Made by a program: the position numbers and the translations under genes. The notes beneath the pieces were generated by a model. That model was not told the origin of the DNA, did not search any database, and saw nothing but the letters and a program-made list of their open reading frames with translations. A stretch of 64,000 nucleotides of DNA, taken from the NCBI GenBank assembly GCA_033442325.1, contig JAWQFM010000003.1:2025479-2089478 (forward strand), in the 5' to 3' direction. Positions 46,716 through 59,635 of the stretch are shown here, piece after piece. The DNA comes from Salpingoeca rosetta (Eukaryota; Protista; Choanoflagellata). Numbering within the stretch: position 1 is the first letter of the stretch; each line of letters begins with the position of its first letter.

Positions 46716-48299
46716 CACCAACACCTCTGCTTGCTTTTTCGTTAATGGCACACATAAATTTCCTCTTCAGTGTGCACTTCATGCACGTGGAAGCAGATTC
46801 AAGCAAGCAAAGCAAGTCAGCAAGGAGAACAACAAGCTGACGATCATGTTGACCTAAGCAACCGCCACCCATGCCACCCTTCACCCCCTGTGCCGGCTCC
46901 CACCAAGCCTTGACGTACTGAGCTTCTGTTCGCGACAATGTGACGAACTACGTGTGCAACCAGCGAGCACAACCACGACCATTGGCGAGTCAAGATCAAA
47001 AGGAACAAGGTCAGTGTGCATCAGAAATGATAATCTTGTCTTCTCCCTCGTTCTGCTTCACCCCCTCCCCCTGCTGCATTCTGCATGTTCTCTTTCTTGT
47101 TTTCCTCTGCGTCTCTTTCCACGCCTACGCGGTGCCCCCCATCCTATTCGTCCTTTTCTCCCCCTTCCCCACTTTCCCCTCGTTGCCCCTCGTTGCCACT
47201 CTACCTTCGCTCTGTCGTTTTCAATCCCCTCCACCACCGTCGCCACCACCTCGTTTCGTCGCTTGTGTGTTTCGTGTTTCTTTGTGTTCTCCTCCACTCT
47301 TCTGCTCAATCCACGCCAGGCCTGCTTCCTTGCTTTTCGGTATCACCACGAACTGTGGGGCAGTGTGCTTGGCAACATCGAGAAGCTGCGCTTTGCCAAT
47401 TTTGCTTGCGCAGCTTCGTGTGGGTTTGCGTCACGGCAACCGTTGCTTCCTGCCCAGTTTGGCGGGAGCGGCGTGTGGCTGAGGGGGTGAAGTGAATGCG
47501 TGTGCCTTTCCTTCGAAGGAGGCATGACACATTGCATCTCGCTTTCTCTGTCCCCTTTCCACATCTTTAATCGTGTCGCAGATTCACGCACACGCGCCAG
47601 TTTACATTCTGACTTCTCTTGTTCATCATCCACACGTTTCTTTCTCTTGAGTGCGTCACCCACTGTTCCCTTGTCTCCATTTGTCGCACACACACACACA
47701 CTCACACGCACACACACTCACACTCGCACACACACGCACACACTCACGCACACAATCTTGCAGACTCGGCAAGGCATCGAACAGGCCTGCTAGTGCTTTG
47801 CTTTCCTTGCTTGCTTTGCTTGCTCTGTGCTTGTTGCTTGTTTCGTTTGCTCCACCAACCAACTTCCTTGTTGCCTTGTTCATTGCGTTACGGGCACGAG
47901 CACCACGGTTTACCTTGTGCGGCTCCTATGCCAACTCGGCAACCCTGACCCAACGCTGCACCCGCACAACGCCACCGTACGCGATGCGCGCACGCCTTCG
48001 CGTCGTGATTGCGTCCTAGCCGCTAGTCGAATGTTCATTAAACATTTCCACGCATTTTCGCACGTGAACCCTTTCGCACAGCCAACCAAAACCAAACACC
48101 AAAAGGCACAAAGCCCGCACACGAACAAAAAGCAGCGCAGCAGTCCTTGTTTGGCTTTGTTGTGCTCTTTGGCGTGGATGAGTTGAATGACGACGCGAGC
48201 GAGCCAACCAACCACACAAGAGCCTGCGTCTGCTTATCGCCCACCCTCTGCTGCTGGCAATCTAGGGCTTGCTGGCCAGAGACGGTGAAGAGCATCACC

Positions 48300-51200
48300 A
48301 TGGCCAAGTCAACAACAGCTACTACAACAGCTACTACAACAGCTACAACAACAGCTACAACACGACGGGCGACAACAGCCGTTGTTGCGCTGTGGATGTG
48401 GGTGTTGTTGCTCCTCGCAACTTTTCCCACCAGAACAACGCCGCTTGTGCGCGCAGATGACGATGACCACCAAGGTGGAAGCGGAAACGTCCCATGGTCG
48501 GAGACAAGGAAAACCCGCTTCATCGTCATCTCATCTTGCCCACAGGCAGAGAACCGCGTCATCCCAGCAGGCTTCTTCGACACGAGCAAGGACCTGCGCG
48601 TCACCATCATAGCTTCGTGCTCAGTCGTTTTGAATGGCACGGGCGGGTGGTCAGACTTGGAGATTGAAGTCGAGGCCGGGGCAGTTGTGCCTTTGCTTAG
48701 CTTCCCAGACCTGCAGCGTGTTGATGACATCTATGTGTCTGTGGATGGCGTGCTTGACAAACTCTCCATGCCTTCCATCCACACCATTGATGAGTTCAAG
48801 ATTGAAACGACCAAAGGCAGCAACGTCTCTGTCGTTCTTGGTCACCCATCCACACACAGGTCTGTGCGCATGTTTGTGTGTGTGTGTGCGTGTGTGTGTT
48901 TGTGTATGTGTGTTTGTGTTTGTGTATGTGTGTATGTGTGTTTGCACCCGTATTTGTGCGCATGAGTTTGTGTTTGTGTTTGCACACGTATTTGTGCGCA
49001 TGAGTTTGTGTTTGTGCTTGCACCCGTATTTGTGTTTGCACACGTATTTGTGTGCGTGCGTGTGCGTGCGGCTCTGCCAAGTTCCATCTGTCCTGTGCCC
49101 CTGTGTTTCCTTGCATGAGTCCTTGTGCTGACCCTGTAACCCACGCATCCCCTTCCCTCGGGCCCCACCCAACCGCTTTCTGCGTCTTCCTCGCCTGCAT
49201 CATTTCACCACGCAGCGTGCACGCACTGGATCAAGTGGACGTGCAAACCCGAGGGTTTGTGGGCGTGTCCATCTATGGGCGGTGCCTCACCGTGCGTGAG
49301 GTGGACGTCTCGCGGGATTGGGCAGATGCCACAGGCCGCATCAGACTCTTCAACGTGGTGCGTGCGTGCGGGTGCGTGCAGGTGTGCGTGCATGTATGCG
49401 CATGTGTGCGCGCGCGCGTGTGTGCGTGCTTTGTGCACGCGCGTGTGTGTGTGTGTGTTGGACCGTGTTCACATGTTCGGTGTGAGATTGTGTCCTGCTG
49501 CCACCCCACGCCCACAAAACTATCTTGTGCCCACTTTTGGTTGATCGTCTGCTGCTCCTTGTCACATGTTCTTGTTTCTGTGTGTTCTTACGTCTGCGTG
49601 TTCTGCATTGGTTTGCGCACATTAGTCGGGCGTCACAACGTTTAGTGCCGTGCCACCGTTCCTTGATTGGCTCTCTCTCTTCTGGAACAACGTCAACGTC
49701 GCCACCCTCCCTGTTGCCAACAGCACATGCCACATGCATACAACACCCATGATGAGCACAACCAACATGACAACCACCCCCTCCACCGCAACTACGAGTA
49801 CAACTGCATCTGCAACGCCGACGACTCCATCAGCCTCTGCTCTCCCTGCCATCAACACCACCACCACAAGTGAGAAAACCCCGCGTGCTCCCTGTGGTGT
49901 CAGTGCGCTTGCGTATCTATCTTGTATCCTGTGATCTATCTTCTGTCCTGTGACTGATCTATCCTGTGTCTTGATGCACCGAGACATATGCGCGTTGAAG
50001 TGCATCGGCATGTCTCCTTGTACACCCCGGTCCCCATGAGCTGCCCTCAAGCATCATAGCTTTGTTGACCTTGCTTCGAATCTCACCTCCCCATACACAA
50101 CGCCACACCTGCTTGCTCTGTGCTAGTGAACACGACGACAACAACGACAACGACAGCAGCACCACATCCAAACGGCCCGCCGTTGAACAGCCAGCAGATT
50201 GCGGCCGTTGCGGCCACATCAGCCATCTTCATCGTGGTTCTTGTTGCCGTGATTGTGTTTACGCTGCTCGCCAAACGCGCCAAGCTGGACCCGTCTCTCG
50301 TTCTTCGCGAGGACCTCGACCCATTTGACGAGCCTGCATTCGTGAGTGTTTGAGACGTGGTTGTGGATGTGGTTGTGGTTGTGGTTGTGGTTGTGGTTAT
50401 GTGATTGGTGCGTACCTGCGCGTGTTGCTGGTCTGTCGCACCTCCCTGCTTTGTTGCACCTTAGCCATGCAGTCTAACTCTGTGCGTGTTACTGCGTACG
50501 TGCTCGCAGCCACAGCGCCACGCAGAGGAGAGTCTCATCCACAACCCAGTGTATGACGACGAGCCCATGCCCGCGCACGGCAGCGCCGACGACGAAGGAG
50601 AAATGACCATCCAGAAGTTTATTCACCGAGCAGCCATCCTCGTAAGATTGAATGTGGCCATTGTGAATGTCATGATTGTTTCCGCAGCTGCAACGAAGCA
50701 GCCTGGCCTCGTACACGTACCGCGCGTTTGCACATTGCGCAACTTGGTTGCATGCACACACGTACACACAAACACACACGCACACACGCACACACATACA
50801 CACGCACACACACACACACACACACACACGTGTACACACACGTACACACACACGTACACATGTACACACTCTGTCACTTACTCACTCACTCACACTCACT
50901 CATTCCCCCTCCCCACTCCCCCCTTACACACACACCCCGCAACCAACACCATGGCAGGGGGATGTTGACGCGCTTGACAAGTTCCGTGCGGAGTTGGTGC
51001 AGCACCAGCTGTCGTCGGGGTCTGGTTCGTCGCTGTCGCCCGGGTCGTCGTCGTCAGCGCAGGCCACGCCGTCCCCACCTGCTCACGACGCCTCCTCGCC
51101 GTTCTTCGCATCCACGCAGCAGCAGCACCAGCAGCACGATCATGAACAACAGCAACGTGAACAACAGCAAGGACAGCAGTCATTGCAGCAGCAGCTGTTG

Positions 51201-53121
51201 GGTGAGACTGCACCATCGCCTGCCCCGCTTGCGCACGGCGACAGTGGTGTTGACGGCGTTCTCGCTGGCGAGGACTACACGGCGATTGGAGAGTGGATGC
51301 ATATGAGCGAGCTCCCGTTTGAGGACGACGACGTGCACGCCTCTGGCCCATCAAGCGCATCCACACCAGATGCACAACAGCCTCAGCAACAACCACAGCA
51401 GCAGCAACAGCAGCAGCAACAACAACACGAGCAAGAGCAAAGTCAACAGCAACAGCAGCAACAGCAGCCTCATCCGAAACTCGACTTGAGGTGAGTCCGG
51501 AGCCACCCAATGTTCGCGAACACACGCGCACGAAGGAAGGACACATGCTCTCATCCAACACACACACACACATTCACAAACACACACACATTCACAAACA
51601 CACACATTCACACACACATTCACACACACATATTCACACACATATTCACACACACACACCCATTCACACGCCCATTCACAAACACAACAACCAACCACAT
51701 CTTAATCGTGCTCCTCGCGTGTGCAGGATACTGAATTCGACAGATGACACGGGCAACACAGCGCTGTCGTGGGCAGTGGTGAGCAACCAGTCCCGCAGCG
51801 TGCAGTGGCTGATTGACTCTGGCGGCGCCGACTGCAACGTCCAGAACAAGGCCGGCCATACCCCGCTCGCCCTCGCGTGTCTCCACGACACCAGCATCAC
51901 AAGTGCGTGGCGATGTGTGTGTGTGTGTGTTGTGTTGTGTGTTGTGTGTTGTGTGTTTGAAGAGAGTGGCTGTGACGTTTCGCAGAACTATTGCTATGTG
52001 CTGCTATGCTTTTCATTTCGACCTCACCACTTTGCACACACACACGCTCTCTCTCTCTCTCACACACACACACAACAGTCATTGAGTTGCTGTTGAAGGC
52101 CGGTGCATCACCAAACCTGGCTGACAACGAGGTGCGTCACGCGCGAATCACCTGCGCTTTTGTGACTTGTGTACATGCGTGCATGGTTTCCCGTTACTGT
52201 ACACGTGTACATGTGCTGCCGTTCTCTCAGCCTGTCATCATTGCGCTCTGCAACACACAAATTCTGGGCATTGTGTCAGCACCGTTCCCCCTCCCCCCTC
52301 ACCAATTTGCCTGCGTGTCCTTGTTCACGGCCACAACGTCACGCCAGGGCTGCACACCGCTGCACTTTGCGTCGCGGCACGATGATGCTGCTGCCGCCAT
52401 CACGCTCCTTGCCAACGGCGCCCACGTCAATGCCGCCGACAACGAAGGCCTCTGCCCGCTCATGGTCGCCTGCTCGCTGGTGCGTCCCTGCCTGCAATTC
52501 ATTGCAATGCCGTGTTGGCTGCACATGCTCGCCGTGTTACACGTGCAGTGTCTTGATCGAGATGGCGGCTCGCACACCCCAAGCATGTGTTCCCGTATTT
52601 TTGCCAACTGTCGCTCACACCATGTGTTCGCCAAACACCACCACCATCACCACCACCACCACCACCACCACCACCACCACCACCACCACTGCCGCTGCCT
52701 TTGTTGCTGTTCAGGGCCGGGCGGCGACGGTGAGCGTTCTACTCGCCAATCGCTCCATCAACATCGAGAGCAAAGACAACAGAGGTCACACAGCTCTCCA
52801 CTGGGCGGTCAGTTGTGCGCACACATCGTGCGCTCGCGCGCGCTGCTGTGGTTGTGATTGCAGTTGTATGCACGTGTGTTTGCGTGTGTGTGTGCGTGTG
52901 CGTGTGCTTGGACAGCTCTTCTGCGCCCATGGCATATCTCGGATCCAAACGAGCAACTCACCAAGCGGCGCAATCTTGATTCCTGCCAATGTCCCCATCA
53001 CCACAACCACCACCACCACACCAGGCGCGGATGAATGAGGTTGAGGCGCTTCGGCTGCTGACGATGAAGGACGCGGATTTGCTCGCCGTCAACAACAAGA
53101 ACGAGACGGCGCTCCACCTCG
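48300..53121 (+). CDS. Single-pass type I membrane receptor: signal peptide, LRR/receptor-L-like ectodomain, Ser/Thr stalk, TM, NPxY, polyQ, Notch-like ankyrin repeats; 3' end missing
   Basis: Signal ..[21 protein letters not shown]; [18 protein letters not shown] repeats; T-rich stalk; [31 protein letters not shown]; LIHNPVY (50543-50554). Ankyrins: [71 protein letters not shown]. The coding sequence then runs into a CA tract with no donor site or nearby stop. Confidence 0.78.
48940..49052. repeat. ~38-bp minisatellite (about 3 copies) in intron 1 of the receptor gene
   Basis: TTGCACMCGTATTTGTGCGCATGAGTTTGTGTTTGTG is repeated. Confidence 0.7.
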
Positions 53122-53185
53122 CTATCACATATACAGACACACAGACACCCGCACACACACACACATATACAGACACACAGACACC

Positions 53186-53273
<88 letters not shown>

Positions 53274-53288
53274 CACACCCTACCCTAC

Positions 53289-53651
53289 CAGCGCCTTGAT
53301 GCCGTAGATGGAGACGGTAAGGACGGCCTTTACATCCTTCAATCCTTCATCCAAGTGAGCAGAAAAGTCCTCTTCCTCTGGGTCCGTGCTTGTGGCTTGG
53401 TTGTGACCTGCTTCGGGCCCCATTTCATCATCATCATCATCATCGTCGCCACCGTGCCCGTTCTCATCGCCGTTGCCTTGTGTCTGCCTGCTTCGTTCTT
53501 GGTTCAACGTCGTCACAACATGGTAGCAGGCGTCCACACCCGCATAAGCGGTTGCAGGCAACGACATCGTTCCAACATACACCACAGGAAACGACTCAAT
53601 GCTCTTCACCCCCTTGCCTTGTTTCCCACCACCGCCACACGTGTTGCCCAT
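53289..53651 (-). CDS. PTB/PID-domain protein, first exon only (downstream exons missing)
   Basis: N-terminus MGNTCG (acylation-like). SFPVVYVGTMSL..GVDACYHVVTTL..[acidic insert]..KAVLTVSIYGIKAL follows the PTB pattern F.V.YLG...L.VS..GI.V. The exon ends at a GTAGGG donor (53288). Confidence 0.65.
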
Positions 53652-53862
53652 GGCTGTTGTGTGTTGATGTTGGTGTTGGTGCTGTTGTGGTCGCTGTTGT
53701 GTTGTTGTTGGTGTTGTTGTTGTGGTTGTTGGTTGGCTGCCGTCACGAAAGAATATTAACGGTCAGGCCAACAAATCTTCATAACATGGAACGACTGACT
53801 TCAGTATTACCGTGTCCGCGCCAAACAGCAAACCGCACAACACAACACCACACGCACACGCT

Positions 53863-54630
53863 ATGAGCAGCGGCAGCAGTAGCGACGATGAACGTGACCT
53901 CACAGTGTCGCTGAACAAGCACAAGGCTGCTCATGACGACAGCAGCAGCGACGAAGACGAGGTTGACGATGACATTGCTGCCTTGTTGAGAGACGACGAC
54001 GATGACGGCCGCGCTGACAAGGAAAACAGTGATGATGATGGTGATGACGATGACCTTCTGCCCACGGGGCTCCTTCCAAGGTACAATCAGTGGTCGGCCT
54101 AAACGTGTGCGTGTGGTTGTGCATGTGCGTGTGGTTGTGGGTGTGCGTGTGGGTGTACGTGCGTGTGGTTGTGCGTGTGCGTGCGTGTGGTTGTACGTGC
54201 ATGTGGTTGTGCATGTGCGTGCGTGTGTGTGTGTGCGCGCGTGTGTGTATGCGTGTACGTGTGTGTGCGTGTGTGCTTTGTGTGTGCCTCGGTGTTTGAC
54301 TTACTTGGTACAGCCGACTGACTCCATTTTATCCACCTTTTGGTCATCAGCACTGAAACGGCCCAGCAGGGGGCAAGTGGCAAGGAGGATGTTGAAGATG
54401 CGGCGAATGAGGACGAAGAGGAACAGGGTACGAACGACGATGACCAGCAGCAGCAGCCGACACAAGACACGTCAGACTCCGACATCAGCAGCACCCACTC
54501 ATCACCGAGGTAACGAACCGTGTGTGTGATTGTGCGTTTGGCTGTATGGGTGTATGCTCCAGCAGAGAGCAACCACCCTCTGCTGGGAATCAGGTCATTG
54601 CTCCTGTCCTGTCTGTACTCTCAAATACCC

Positions 54631-54703
<73 letters not shown>

Positions 54704-55704
54704 AGGAAGCGGCCGTCGGCGCGGCGTCGGGCGGTCCACCGGCAGCAAATGGCGAAACTGCGGCGGCAAATCGAGGCAGCACGGCGGTCATCGTCGCGCC
54801 CGAGTCGCAACAGCAGTTCATCTTCGCTGCTGTCACTGCTCAAGAATCACACGTACTCAGAACAGCTTAGGGCTGAGCGCGAACAGTTCGACAAGCGCTT
54901 CGAGGTGCATGCGTGTGTGTGTGTGTGTTTGTGAGCGATGCCTGATCGACACGTGAGGCAATGCGACCGAGGGGAAAGTGGGTGGTGTTTTATTGCTTCC
55001 TGCACTGCCGTCTTTGTGCCCTCTTTCTCTGTTTGCTCCCCCCGTTGATGCCTTCATCGTCCACTGTAACATCCCCTCCCGCTTGTGTGTGCACAACAGG
55101 AGCTGCTCAAGCAAGATGCAGACAAACAATCACGAGAAGCAGCAACGGGAACGAACACGTACGCTGACAGCGAAGCCAGCGAGCTCATCAGCACTGACCT
55201 CCTCAAAGCGGTACGCGCGCATGTGCGCTGCGATGTCACGTGTGTGTGTGTGCGTGTGTGTGTGATGCATGTGTGTGTGTGATGCATGTGTGAGTGTGAT
55301 GCATGTGATGTGTTGTTGTGTATTTTCGACCATTTTGGGGTTGATTGGTTCTTGCGACACGCTGGCTGCTCTTTCCCCCTTTACCCCACCACTTCACACC
55401 ACTTCACACCCCTTCACACCGCCGACTAGCTGGATTGCATCGACACTCCCAACGACCATCCCGGCTTCCCCGTGTTCTTCACCGCGCAACCGCCACACAC
55501 GCGCAGCCACCACGCAACCCCGCCAACGCCAGACAACCACGACTGGTGTGTATGGCTGTGTATGAGAGAGAGAGAGAGTGTGTGTGTGCGTGCGTGTGTG
55601 TGCATGCGTGTGTGTGTGCATGCGTGTGTGAGCATGCGTGTACACGTGAACTGAAAACCTTTCTCAGAGGAAAATTTGCGATTGCCGCCCTCGAAACAAC
55701 AGAG

Positions 55705-55785
<81 letters not shown>

Positions 55786-56343
55786 CTCTCGGCTGTGCAG
55801 GATCTGCGAGGCAGTTCGAGGAGAGACGGTGAAGGTGGAGTGGCAGGCGACAATCAGCGATGACACGACTGCGCCACATTATGGCAGCCACCACGCGCAC
55901 ACGTACGACAGCACATACCCGGGCGCAACATCCCAGGATGACGATGATGACGATGATGATGATGGTAGTGGTGGTGGCCGTGTCAGCGGGAACATGGACG
56001 AGGGCCTGCAAGGCGACGGCGATTTGAGTGGACAGACGAGTGAGCAGAAGAATGGTGGCGACAGGAGGAGAACAAGTACAGCGATGGCCGAGGGGGCGTG
56101 GCCAGACATCCGATACAGCCTGTCACCATTGGTGACGTCGCTGGTGACAGAGCACGTCATGACTGCGCACTACTTGCATCATGTCATGCCCAAGGATTTG
56201 GCGGCGTGGCTCTTTGCTGTGTTGCCTCGTGCATGTGACAGCGTTTCCACAGGCATTGCACGCACTCTCACTACCCTCATGCACCAGCACTCTGAGGAGG
56301 TGTGTGTGTGTGTGTTGGGCGGAGGCATCTGTGTGTGCGTGTA

Positions 56344-56410
<67 letters not shown>

Positions 56411-59238
56411 GTATGTGTATGTGTATGTGTATGTGCATGTGTATGTGTATGTGTATGTGTATGTGCATGTGTATGTGTGCACGCGTGTATGTGTATGTGT
56501 ATGATCAATGGGAGTTGCGCGAATCATCGAATGTATGCACTGTTGCCCTCACATCCAAGATACCACCACCACCACCGCCACCACCGCCAGTCGTCGCTCG
56601 GGTGCATCTGGCGGCCGGGTCCGCTCGACATTGCGCAGGCGCTGGCGAGCGTCGGCGTTGATGTCGATGATGTATCTGCCGTTGTCACACCGTCACCGTC
56701 GCAGCGCTCACAGCGAACAACGCTGTCGTCCCTGTCACCGCCATCACCACCACCATCCGCACCGTCCTCGTCATCATCGACGTTGTCGCCGTCAGCGAAA
56801 GGGAAGGGCGCAAGAGAACAGCCCTCATGTCTTGCGCTCGCACCACCTCCAACACGCACGCGTTCGCTTCCATTCCAGCGCATGCACAACGTAAGTGCAG
56901 CTTTGATTGTGCTGCGAACTCGTGTGTGTATGTGTGTGTGTTTGTGTATGTGTGTGTGTTTGTGCGTGTGTGTGTGTGTGTATGTGTGTGTGTGTGTGCG
57001 TGTGTGTGATCGTGATCGCACGCAACCGTGTCTGAACCACCGTCCAACACGTGACATGCAGCACTCACACCCAACGTGTCATTGCCAATGTGTTTTGGCA
57101 AAACAGCACACTCACAAGCGCACGTTGTTGCCACAGCTGTTCTCCTTCAACTCTCACCCAATGCATGCGTCCTCATGGTTCACGTTGTGTCGCTCACCTC
57201 CACTTGATGGTGATGGCATGTTTCTGTCACACGTGCAGGTGCTCTCTGTGTTGTCCTCATCCTTCACTGCTGGTCTGCATTCCGCGTTCGCCACGCAATA
57301 TACGCAAGCAAAGGTGGTTGCGCTTGTGTGCATGTGCGTGTGCGCGTGTGCGCGCGTGTGTGTGCGTGCGTGCGTATGTGTGTGTGTGTGTGCGTGAATA
57401 ACTATAACTATGCATGTACACGTGTGCTCAACAATTGCAATTGCCCACCTCCCTTGCGCATTTGTGTGCGTGCATGCGCGCATGCTTGCTTGTAACTGCA
57501 TACCCTCTCCGGTCTCACGAGCCGCGTGTGTGTTATTTCTGGCATCATCACAGCGGCTTGCGTATGTGCTGTGCTTGATGACACTGGACAAGCGTGTCCT
57601 GGCACTCCTTCCACCTCTCTCAACATGCATTTCATCATTCCTCGAAGCCCTGCCCAAACCTTTTGCCGAACGCATTGTGAGTGTGAGCGTTGTGATCTGT
57701 GTGTATGCGTGTGTGTATATTTATGTGTATGTGTATGTGTATGTGTATGTGTGTGTGTGTATATTTGCTCTCTCTCTGTGAATGTGCATTGTGTGTGTGC
57801 GTGTGTGTGCATGTGCTCTCTCTCTCCCTGTGAATGCGTTGTGTGTGTGCGTGTGTGTGCATGTGCTCTCTCTCTCCCTGTGAATGCGTTGTGTGTGTGT
57901 ATGAACTGGCAGCACCGCTGCGCCTCTCCCGTCGCTCCATCCTCGCCCCTCATCCTCGCCCCTCATCCTCGCCCCTCATCCTCGCCCCTCATCCTCATCC
58001 ATCACCATTGTCACCATGACCTTGATCCAATGTCTGCAGGTTGGTGACCTCGCTCGCCGTATCGCCACAACGTGGAACCACCACAACATCCGCTTCTTCC
58101 TCACTCTTCTTCCTCCAACACCCGTCTGCAGGTTGGCTCGTTGTCCGTGCTTCGTGTGTGCTTGTAATGTGTGCGTGTGTGTGTTCGTGTGTGTGTTCGT
58201 GTGTGTGTGTGTCGTGTGTGTAGCATGCGTAGTGTATGCTGCGTGTTGTGTGACCTTGTGTATAGAATGTTCTTCTGTTGTTTGTTCGCTCTTTGTGGCC
58301 CTTGCAGGTGCAATTGCTCATGTACTTGTTGCGGTACCAACCCCACATGTGCGTGTGTGTTTTGCAGGAGCTTGAAACTTACGCTGGCGAGCAATACAAC
58401 CACACATGTTGTCAACTGCGTGAGCAAAACTGCACCAGCGGAACTGTTGCATGCAGCGCCCATCCCCGACTTTGAGGCAATTGTGCGTTGCAACACGCAC
58501 AAGAAGGCGCTGGTTGTATGTGCGTGCGTGTATGTGCGTGATTTGTGTGTGCTTATGTGTGCGTGTATGTGCGTGTATGTGTATGTGTATGCGTGTGTGT
58601 GTATGTGTGTATTTTAGTGTGTATGCGTGTGCGCACGTGTATTAGTGTATGCGTCAAGTCTGTGAGCGTGTTGAGCCGTCGCCCTCTGTGTCTGGCTTTC
58701 TGCACCCCTCCTCTTGCCCCTTCGCTTTCTCCCCGAGCGCGCATCTGTCTCGATGCATATGCAAGCCCAACCTCCAAACACGAAAGCAGCAGCAGCAGCA
58801 GCAGCGCCAGCTCACCTGTCCACACCGCTCCATCCCCCTTGTGTTTGTTTTCCGTCCACAGTTACAGCAGGCCAGTGCAGACGTACAGCGTGTGGTCATT
58901 AGCGACAAGTCAAACTTCAACCTTCTCATCACCGTCATGGCGTGTGTGGACGTGTGCATCTCAAACATGAAGGCCGTAGCACAACAGCGCCAGCACCTGC
59001 ACAGCATACGCCGCCGCCTCAATGCCGCCGGGCGCGTGAATGAGCATCAAGGGCGGTACCTGGACAGGGCCAAGTTCAAGTGGGCCGCGCTGTGGCTCGG
59101 GCGCAAGATTGAGACGATGACGCGTGTCAGATCAAATCTCACCCAGATCAGGGTGGACGAGTTTGTGCAGCGAGGTGGAGGCAGCGATGACGACGATGAT
59201 GATGATAGTGGTGGTGATGGTGGTGATGGTGGTGATGG

Positions 59239-59300
<62 letters not shown>

Positions 59301-59577
59301 GTGATGGTGGTGGTGGTGGTGGACAAGGAGGCGAGCGCCATGATCACGCCAGTCGCTGCGGGGATGGGAGCGATGGAAGCAAAGACATGCCAGAGGGTAA
59401 GCCGACAGAGAACAACTCGGAAGCAGCCGCGGAACAAAAGGGGTCGCATGGGGAGGAGGGGCGGGAAGCGTGTGCCGAGATGGGCGGAGGAGGCGAACAG
59501 ATGACGGTACGGCCACACATCGCGGACAAAACAGCGGATGGCGAACAACCCGCCAAGGAACCAGTCGCACCACATCG

Positions 59578-59635
<58 letters not shown>

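Noticed and set aside
48300-53121. Calling the receptor a true Notch ortholog
   Set aside because: No EGF, LNR/NOD or RAM motif is visible; only the TM+ANK arrangement is shared.
52989-53759. 256-aa ORF continuing the ankyrin gene through the HT repeat
   Set aside because: After ..ETALHLA it is microsatellite and antisense of the PTB exon; not a credible C-terminus.
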